Shown piece after piece: positions 57,462 through 64,000 of a DNA stretch of 64,000 nucleotides (positions are counted from its first letter, which is position 1; every line of letters starts with the position of its first letter). This DNA comes from Nanobdellota archaeon (lineage in GTDB: Archaea; Nanobdellota; Nanobdellia; Woesearchaeales; GW2011-AR4), in assembly GCA_038046385.1 (NCBI GenBank), contig JBBSWH010000006.1, forward strand, positions 129,009 through 193,008, read 5' to 3'. The translations under genes were made by a program, and so were the position numbers. The notes under the pieces were generated by a model, which worked only from the letters and a program-made list of their open reading frames with translations, ran no database searches and had not been told where the DNA came from.

Positions 57462-58181
57462 ATGGTTTTCAAAACATATCATTTTAAGTCGATTTCTTCG
57501 ACACAGGATAAGGCAAAGGAATTTGCGTCAAAAGGACTTGAAAATATTGCGGTTATTTCTGACGTGCAGACAAAAGCAAGAGGCCGCTTCAAAAGGAAAT
57601 GGCATTCTTCCAGAGGCGGATTGTGGATGTCAATACTTGTAAAACCAGGTAATATGGGTAAAATGCAGTATCTTACTTTCTGCGCTGCAATAGCAGCAGC
57701 AGATTCAATAAAAAAATTATCAAAGCTTAACGTAAAAATAAAATGGCCCAACGATGTTCATTACAACAGAAAAAAACTGTGCGGCATACTCACAGAAGGG
57801 CATTTTGGAAAAAATGATTATGCAATAATCGGCATAGGAATCAATACAAACCAGACAAAATTTTCAAATGATATAAAAAATACAGCGGCGTCTATAAAAT
57901 CAATCACACACAAAAATACAGACATTAAAAAATTATCACAAATTATCACAACCAATTTCTTCAATCTATACAATAATTATTACTGTAAAAATAAATTTGA
58001 AGAAATAATGCAGAAATGGAAATCAAATTCCGATACAATCGGAAAAAAAGTAAAAGTAATAACAACAAAAAAAACATTTATTGGAAATGTAATAAACATT
58101 GACGAAGATTGCAATTTAATAATCAAATATAAAAACAAAAAAAACAAGATAGTTGAAGGAGACGTGTCAATAAGATATTAG
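57462..58181 (+). CDS. birA: Biotin-protein ligase (no HTH)
   Basis: SSTQD, QTKARGR, KWPND, KKLCGIL.E, GIGIN. Confidence 0.93.
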   Translation: MVFKTYHFKSISSTQDKAKEFASKGLENIAVISDVQTKARGRFKRKWHSSRGGLWMSILVKPGNMGKMQYLTFCAAIAAADSIKKLSKLNVKIKWPNDVHYNRKKLCGILTEGHFGKNDYAIIGIGINTNQTKFSNDIKNTAASIKSITHKNTDIKKLSQIITTNFFNLYNNYYCKNKFEEIMQKWKSNSDTIGKKVKVITTKKTFIGNVINIDEDCNLIIKYKNKKNKIVEGDVSIRY

Positions 58182-58576
58182 CCGAGCTTTAGCTTTCTTT
58201 TTATATTATCTGGTATCTTTATCGATTTCATCTTCTTGCCGTCTACAAAAACATTTACGGTGTGGCCTTCAGCAAGTATTTTTTTGTCATTTTTTCTGAA
58301 TACTTTGTTCTCAAATCTTATGGATTTCTCTTTTATCTGCGCTATTTTTGTTTCAATAACAACCAAATCGTCATATCTCGCAGGAGCAAAATAATTGCAG
58401 TGCGCCTCTACAACCGGCGTTAGGATATTTTTCTTCTGGATTGCGTACAAATCTATTTTTAAGTTTCTTAGCAATTCACGCCGTCCGCTTTCAAACCACT
58501 TGAAGTAATTTGCGTAATACACTACTTGTCCGGCGTCAGTGTCGGCATAAATAACTCGATGTTTTATTTTATTCAT
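58178..58576 (-). CDS. Acyl-CoA thioesterase (YbgC/FadM hot-dog family)
   Basis: VIYADTDAGQVVYYANYFKWFESGR. Confidence 0.9.
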   Translation of the reverse strand: MNKIKHRVIYADTDAGQVVYYANYFKWFESGRRELLRNLKIDLYAIQKKNILTPVVEAHCNYFAPARYDDLVVIETKIAQIKEKSIRFENKVFRKNDKKILAEGHTVNVFVDGKKMKSIKIPDNIKRKLKLG

Positions 58577-58603
58577 AATAATAGCTAGATTGGGGGGTAT
58601 TTA

Positions 58604-58876
58604 TTGATTTCCACAATGTTTAAAAGGAACACCATGCTACTACACGTTATGGGATTCATAGATAATGTGCCTATGCTGAAGAAAATTATTGATATAGGAT
58701 ACGCAATGCTCTTCGTCATAATAATCAGCGCAGTTGTAGGCTTAGTGCTTGCATTTCCGGTCATGTGGCTTTGGAATTTTATATTCGGAAATTTTCTTAA
58801 GATAGATGTTCTGCAGGCGTGGGCATTAAATCTTCTTGTCGGAATTCTTTTTGGGCAGAGAAGCACTAATAAATAA
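58604..58876 (+). CDS. Small membrane protein (start uncertain)
   Basis: Hydrophobic; PVMWLWN...QAWAL motif. Confidence 0.55.
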   Translation: MISTMFKRNTMLLHVMGFIDNVPMLKKIIDIGYAMLFVIIISAVVGLVLAFPVMWLWNFIFGNFLKIDVLQAWALNLLVGILFGQRSTNK

Positions 58877-59582
58877 TAAAAATAATAGATATGATGGCTG
58901 CTATTGATGCATAATCTGCCATGCCGAGATTTAACTTTTTTATTGTATTAGCATCTTCATTGTACAGCCTCGAGTGCATGGCGTCAGCAAGATTTGAAGC
59001 GGTGCGCATCATCTTCTCCATGAGCACAACTACAACAAGTCTGATATGACTTGGATTCCTGAAATCAGCAAGCCTGGCAAGCATAGCTTCCCTCAATTTT
59101 TCAAAAGACACAAACATTGCAGGCACGAATCTTATTGCAATAGAAACCATTACGGCAATATTTCTTGGCTTCACTCCAAAAGCCTTCAAAGGCATAGAGA
59201 AAAATTGCATAGAAGCAACAATATCTGAAATTTCTGTAGTAAAAGAAAATATAAATGACATAGAGACCAGCAGGAAAAATCTCCAGACAGAAAAAATACC
59301 TTTTGCGATTTCATAAGGGGAGAAAATCAGATACATTATAATTATAAATCCGAAGATAAAATAAAAATTTCTCATGTTAGAGAAAAAATTCCGAATACTC
59401 ATACCAGATACTGCAGAAATCAAAACAATGAATGAAGTCATGACAATAAACTGGTAAGCTGAATCCATAATAAAAATAAAAATGCTCAGAATAACGAGGC
59501 ATGCCAGCTTTACTCTTGGGTCTATCGAATGCACAGCAGAATTTTTTTGCCTGTATTGTCCGAATATTATATTTTTATGCAT
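58866..59582 (-). CDS. ecfT: ECF transporter transmembrane subunit
   Basis: HSIDPRVKL, IAIRFVP, two (A/S)R coupling motifs. Confidence 0.88.
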   Translation of the reverse strand: MHKNIIFGQYRQKNSAVHSIDPRVKLACLVILSIFIFIMDSAYQFIVMTSFIVLISAVSGMSIRNFFSNMRNFYFIFGFIIIMYLIFSPYEIAKGIFSVWRFFLLVSMSFIFSFTTEISDIVASMQFFSMPLKAFGVKPRNIAVMVSIAIRFVPAMFVSFEKLREAMLARLADFRNPSHIRLVVVVLMEKMMRTASNLADAMHSRLYNEDANTIKKLNLGMADYASIAAIISIIFIIY

Positions 59583-60279
59583 AAATTCCCGCTTTCTTGA
59601 TTATCCCATTTTTGAGTTCTGATTTCTTTCCTTCAAATATGACCTTTCCTGATTTCATAACAACAACTTTTCCAGCATATTTCAGATCATCCATAGAATT
59701 AGTTACCAATATTGGGGTTATCCCTTCTCTAGAAATCCGTTTTATAGTTGACATTATTTTTTTCCTGTTGATTGGATCAAGCATGGTTGCAGGTTCATCA
59801 AATACTGCATATTTTGGCTCCATAGCAAGAACTCCTGCAATGGCCACAAGCTGGCGCTGTCCTATTGATAAGGTGTTGACATTCTTTTTTGCAAGATTGC
59901 CGATGCCAAGCCCTTCCATAGTTTTTTTTACAATTATTTTTACATCGTTGCTTCCCAGCCCAATATTTTCAAGTCCGAACGATATATCTTCTTCAACAAC
60001 AGGATACACTATTTGATCTTCAAAGTTCTGGAAGACAAAGCCCACCTTTTTTCTTGCATTAAACTCATCCTTCTTTGTGCTTATGCCGTCTACAAAAACA
60101 TCCCCTTTTTTTGGTATGAGAAGCCCGTTCAGATGCTTTGCAAGGGTAGTCTTGCCTGAACCGTTTGCACCAATTATTGCAGTAATCACTCCCTCATTCA
60201 CATGCATGCTTGCATTTTCCAGCACGTAATCATCTTCATACCTAAAAAAAAGTTTTTTTGCCTCTATCATCCAAATCAA
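59575..60279 (-). CDS. ecfA: ECF transporter ATPase
   Basis: GANGSGKTT, VGFVFQN, LSIGQRQ, DEP..MLDP. Confidence 0.9.
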   Translation of the reverse strand: MIWMIEAKKLFFRYEDDYVLENASMHVNEGVITAIIGANGSGKTTLAKHLNGLLIPKKGDVFVDGISTKKDEFNARKKVGFVFQNFEDQIVYPVVEEDISFGLENIGLGSNDVKIIVKKTMEGLGIGNLAKKNVNTLSIGQRQLVAIAGVLAMEPKYAVFDEPATMLDPINRKKIMSTIKRISREGITPILVTNSMDDLKYAGKVVVMKSGKVIFEGKKSELKNGIIKKAGIYA

Positions 60280-60287
60280 ACCACGTT

Positions 60288-61040
60288 TTATTTCATGAAT
60301 CTTTTCATGTCAGTGTTTTTGGCTATCCATGCAGCCAGAATAATTTTTAAGGTGTCTCCTAATATGAAGGGAAGAACCCACCCTACAAAGATTGCATTCC
60401 ATGCAAGACCAGTCACTAATTTACCCTGTAAAGCACCCATGGCATAAATAATTGCTGTGCCGGCAAACATAGCCAAAACAGTTTCAAAATCTAGTTTCTT
60501 GAAACTCTTGGAATATTTTGCAAGAGCTGCGAGAACAGCAAGCACTAGGATGCTGATTGCAATTAAAAATAACCTCTGCTGACTTGATAGGGCAGAAACC
60601 ATTGAACCCGCTTTGAGCTTCATTATTCCTATGTTGAATATTGCATCAAAAGCAACTATGGAGACCATGATAAGGATTACGACAAATGACAAATATTTGA
60701 TTATTACACTTATTTTTTTAGATTTTGTCATCTTTCCTATGACAAATGCAGCAAGGGGATAACTAAAGAGGTAACCTCCCGTCGGGCCAAGCAATACACC
60801 TATTCCTGAAGAGCCTCCGGCAAAAACAGGCAGGCCAATCGCTCCGAGCAAAAGATAGATTATCATTGCAAGTGCTCCATAATAGGCACCAAGAACGGCT
60901 CCGCTTAGTAATACAAGGAGAGTCTGCAAAGTTATAGGCACTGGAGTAAATGGAAGAGGTATCTTAAACCAAGCCACAGCTGCTGTGAGCGCAGCGAACA
61001 TAGCTGCAAAAATCATCCATTTAAGTTTGTCTTTTTTCAT
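60288..61040 (-). CDS. bioY: Biotin ECF S-component BioY
   Basis: PFTPVPITLQT, GLPVFAGG, GPTGGYL, PF..GD..K. Confidence 0.93.
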   Translation of the reverse strand: MKKDKLKWMIFAAMFAALTAAVAWFKIPLPFTPVPITLQTLLVLLSGAVLGAYYGALAMIIYLLLGAIGLPVFAGGSSGIGVLLGPTGGYLFSYPLAAFVIGKMTKSKKISVIIKYLSFVVILIMVSIVAFDAIFNIGIMKLKAGSMVSALSSQQRLFLIAISILVLAVLAALAKYSKSFKKLDFETVLAMFAGTAIIYAMGALQGKLVTGLAWNAIFVGWVLPFILGDTLKIILAAWIAKNTDMKRFMK

Positions 61041-61048
61041 TTTACCTC

Positions 61049-61432
61049 CTATTCTATGACTGCTAATACCTGCCCTCTGCTCACGCTGTCATTTTTTTTT
61101 ACATTAATCTCTTTTATTATGCAGTTCCTTGGCGCAGTTATTTCATTCTCCATTTTCATTGCCATCAATGTGAACATGCTCTGGCCTGTTTTTAATTTGT
61201 CCCCTTTTTTTATTTTAATATCATAAACAATCCCAGGCAACGGAGCAGTAACATCTTTTTCAGAATTATCTGATTTGCCATGAATCTTCTCGATTGCAGA
61301 AGGTATTGCATCTTTTTTTGTCTCTACTTCATAGACTTCATTTTCAGAATGAACAAGAATTTTGCCGTCTTCTGTTTCCTCTACAAAAACTTTGTATTCC
61401 TTGCCGTCTACTTTAACAACTAATTCTTCCAT
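61049..61432 (-). CDS. Biotin carboxyl carrier protein
   Basis: APLPG...AMKMENEI biotinylation motif. Confidence 0.93.
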   Translation of the reverse strand: MEELVVKVDGKEYKVFVEETEDGKILVHSENEVYEVETKKDAIPSAIEKIHGKSDNSEKDVTAPLPGIVYDIKIKKGDKLKTGQSMFTLMAMKMENEITAPRNCIIKEINVKKNDSVSRGQVLAVIE

Positions 61433-61433
61433 T

Positions 61434-62960
61434 CTATAAAGGCATATTGCCGTGCTTTTTTGCAGGACGCTTCTCGCGCTTTGAGAGAATCATTTCAAGG
61501 CATCTTATCAGGGAATTTCTTGTGTCCTTTGGCTCAACAATAATGTCAACTTTTCCCATTCCTGCAGCAACATAAGGATTAAGAAATTTTTCAGTGTATT
61601 CATTTACAAGGTGTTCCTTAATTTTAGCAGAATCTTTTCCCTTTAACTGTTCCCGGTTAACAATGCTGACAGCCTGCTCTGCGCCCATAACTGCAATCTC
61701 AGCAGTTGGCCATGCAAGCACTTTGTCATAACCCATATCTTTTGAGACAAGTGCAATGTATGCTCCTCCATACGCTTTTCTTAGAACGAGAGAGATTTTT
61801 GGAACAGATGCTTCGGAGTAGGAATAAAGCAGCTTTGCACCATGCCTTATGATTCCGTTATGCTCCTGATTTGTTCCTGGCAAATATCCAGTCACGTCTA
61901 CAAGATTTATCAAAGGAATGTTGAAGCAGTCGCAGAACCTTACAAATTTTGCAATCTTATCTGAAGAGTTTATGTCAAGGCATCCTGCAAGAATTTTTGG
62001 CTGGTTTGCGACTATGCCTATGACATTTCCGTTAAGCCTTGCAAGCCCTACAATAACATTCGGCGCGAAATAAGGCTGCACTTCAAGAAAAGTTTTTTTG
62101 TCAAAAATTTCTGCGATGACTTCTTTGATGTCATAGGCTTTTTTTGGATCTTCCGGAACAATTGACTCTAGTTTTTTTGTTTCTCTTTCATTGTCTGAAG
62201 CGTGGAACGGCGGAGTTTCAAGGTTGTTTTGCGGAAGATAGCTCAAAAGAGATTTTATCATGTCAAGGCATTCCTTGTCATCATTCAGCACAAAATGCGC
62301 AACCCCACTTTTTTCGCTGTGCGCAGATGATCCGCCTAATTCTTCAAGCCCTATTTCTTCCCCTGTTACGCTTTTGATGACATCAGGCCCTGTTATGAAC
62401 ATGTAGCTTGTCTTCTTTACCATCAATATGAAATCAGTCAATGCAGGAGAATAAACTGCAATCCCTGCGCAAGGACCCATTATGGCAGATATCTGCGGCA
62501 CTATGCCGGACATCATCGTATTAAGCTGGAAAATCTTCCCACCGGAATCAAGAGCGGAAACCCCTTCTTGTATTCTTGCTCCGCCAGAATCAAGCAGCCC
62601 GATGCAAGGGCATCCTGTTTTCAAAGCAAGTTCCATTACATGGGATATTTTTTTGTTGTGCATTTCACCCATGGAACCTCCCATGAAGGAAAAATCCTGC
62701 GCATAGACATAAACCGGCTTCTTGCTGATTTTTCCGTGGCCGACTATTATTCCGTCGCCTGCTTTTTTCTTTGCTTCTATGTCTTTACTGTGCAACTCTG
62801 TAAATGCCTCAAGCTCTGTGAAAGAATCCTCATCAAGAAGATAATTCAATCTTTCTCTTGCAGTTAATTTGCCTTTTTTATGCTGAATTTCAGCTGCAGC
62901 CTTGTCATTAAGCAGCTCCTTTTTCCTGTCCAGAAAACCACTCATCTTATTTTTTGGCAT
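61434..62960 (-). CDS. Acyl-CoA carboxylase carboxyltransferase (PccB/AccD-type)
   Basis: GKLTARER, DSGGARIQEG, GPCAG, RKAYGGAY, KKHGNMPL. Confidence 0.95.
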   Translation of the reverse strand: MPKNKMSGFLDRKKELLNDKAAAEIQHKKGKLTARERLNYLLDEDSFTELEAFTELHSKDIEAKKKAGDGIIVGHGKISKKPVYVYAQDFSFMGGSMGEMHNKKISHVMELALKTGCPCIGLLDSGGARIQEGVSALDSGGKIFQLNTMMSGIVPQISAIMGPCAGIAVYSPALTDFILMVKKTSYMFITGPDVIKSVTGEEIGLEELGGSSAHSEKSGVAHFVLNDDKECLDMIKSLLSYLPQNNLETPPFHASDNERETKKLESIVPEDPKKAYDIKEVIAEIFDKKTFLEVQPYFAPNVIVGLARLNGNVIGIVANQPKILAGCLDINSSDKIAKFVRFCDCFNIPLINLVDVTGYLPGTNQEHNGIIRHGAKLLYSYSEASVPKISLVLRKAYGGAYIALVSKDMGYDKVLAWPTAEIAVMGAEQAVSIVNREQLKGKDSAKIKEHLVNEYTEKFLNPYVAAGMGKVDIIVEPKDTRNSLIRCLEMILSKREKRPAKKHGNMPL

Positions 62961-63007
62961 TAAACAAGCTTATGGAGGGCAATTTAAAAAGCTTTTTATG
63001 AGAATAT

Positions 63008-63730
63008 CTATCTGAACAGCCTGAATCTTCTGCCTTCTGTTGTGCCTATTATTCCGCCTTCAACTATCTTGAAAATAAGCTCTTTTTCCTCTGCTATGCT
63101 CCTGTGCTTCCTCAGGACAAGGCGCCTGTTGCCATTTTGCGTTATTTGAAGCTCTATAAGGCATTTGCTTCCGTATTTTAAGATATCGCCTCCAACTATG
63201 TTAACCTTGTCCTTTTCATCAAAGTCGCTATAGACCTGGTTTGCGATTATTACTGGGATAGACTGCTTTCTGGCAAGTCCTGTCAGTGAAGATATCTGCC
63301 TGCCAAGCTCCCTATTGATGTCTTTTATATCCTCACCCTTTCCAAACTCAAGCCGGTAGAGCATGGCTATAGTATCAACAATTATTAGCCCTATTTTTTC
63401 ATTTATTATTTCTTTTAGCATATCAAACGCTTTTTTCTGATCTTCAAAGCTCGTAGGCTTTATAAAAATAATATTGTCAATTATCTTTTTGTAATCCTGC
63501 TTTAGATGGTATGAAATTTGCTTTAATCTTTCAATAGAAAATCCGCCTTCACAGTCAACATAAATCACTTTTTTTGACCGTGCTGTATTCACTGCGCATA
63601 ATATGCATAAGCAGGTTTTTCCTGATCCTGCAGGCCCGTAAATTGTTGTTATTACATCCTTTTCATATCCGCCTTCCAGCATAGTGTCAAGTATCCTGCT
63701 GCCGGTAGGTATCCTGTTATCATGACTCAT
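63008..63730 (-). CDS. radB: DNA repair protein RadB
   Basis: GPAGSGKT, NQVY, RadB-specific KHR motif, no N-terminal HhH. Confidence 0.92.
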   Translation of the reverse strand: MSHDNRIPTGSRILDTMLEGGYEKDVITTIYGPAGSGKTCLCILCAVNTARSKKVIYVDCEGGFSIERLKQISYHLKQDYKKIIDNIIFIKPTSFEDQKKAFDMLKEIINEKIGLIIVDTIAMLYRLEFGKGEDIKDINRELGRQISSLTGLARKQSIPVIIANQVYSDFDEKDKVNIVGGDILKYGSKCLIELQITQNGNRRLVLRKHRSIAEEKELIFKIVEGGIIGTTEGRRFRLFR

Positions 63731-63806
63731 AAATTAACTAACGCTTCCGGTCTTATAAATTTGATGTTTGGGAAACTTTTTATAATAAGGCAGGCACCAT
63801 GCACAA

Positions 63807-64000
63807 ATGGACAAGAAAATTACAGTCAAAAAATCAAAAGCAAGGGCGATAGCGTGTTTTATTCTTTCAATCATCTCATTTTTGCCCTTAATTAATTATA
63901 TAACAATACCGCTATCCATTTATTTTGGGATTAAATCCTTGAAAAACATAAAAAAAGACCCTGCTGCGTATGATGGCAAGGTGTTTGCAATCCTGGGGTT
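63807..64000 (+). CDS. DUF4190-like membrane protein (partial, runs off window)
   Basis: MDKK...AIACFILSI...SIYFGIKSLKNIKK.P..Y.GK.FAILG. Confidence 0.6.
   Translation, partial: MDKKITVKKSKARAIACFILSIISFLPLINYITIPLSIYFGIKSLKNIKKDPAAYDGKVFAILG

Noticed and set aside
7314-62867. Numerous antisense or alternate-frame ORFs of 60-180 aa (e.g. 7314-7850, 17905-18438, 51124-51468, 59597-60016)
   Set aside because: They shadow well-supported genes and have no recognisable motifs.
44860-62960. Bacterial contamination as the explanation of the lipid genes
   Set aside because: Interleaved with archaeal rps2 and TRAM, flanked by radA, a BHB-intron tRNA and radB, with archaeal-type thiolase/DUF35 and TATA promoters. 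Not fully excluded without reads.

Overview
AT-rich archaeal chromosome segment. Gene content and style suggest a DPANN archaeon, probably Woesearchaeota/Nanobdellota (inference). (1) 1-6.5 kb: toxin-antitoxin/defence island (HEPN-MNT, AbrB-PIN, MazG + DUF2075 helicase-nuclease, PD-(D/E)XK, Fic) with truncated Bro-N and radC remnants. (2) Probable oriC (two inverted ORB-like boxes around an AT-rich tract) upstream of cdc6-DP1-DP2, then aIF2-beta, RPA32-like, MCM, TBP and Rpp30. (3) 19.5-40.7 kb: co-oriented surface locus with 16 class III signal peptide (type IV pilin-like) genes, two of them missed by the ORF track. It also has two giant Cys-rich proteins and a pilin fused to an Amidase_2 peptidoglycan hydrolase. 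(4) RPA, radA and an unusual tRNA with a Ser-type body, GAT anticodon and a BHB intron at 59/60. (5) 44.9-63 kb: bacterial-style lipid locus (2x PlsC, GpsA, FabG, FabZ, two thiolases, DUF35-DUF362 fusion, acyl-CoA carboxylase, BirA, BioY-ECF, thioesterase) with no ACP or ketosynthase in the window. Non-coding signals include a 31-bp promoter box shared by the mcm, radA and radC loci and a family of small hairpin elements with GNA triloops and tandem G.A pairs. All product calls come from motif recognition by eye; no database searches were run.
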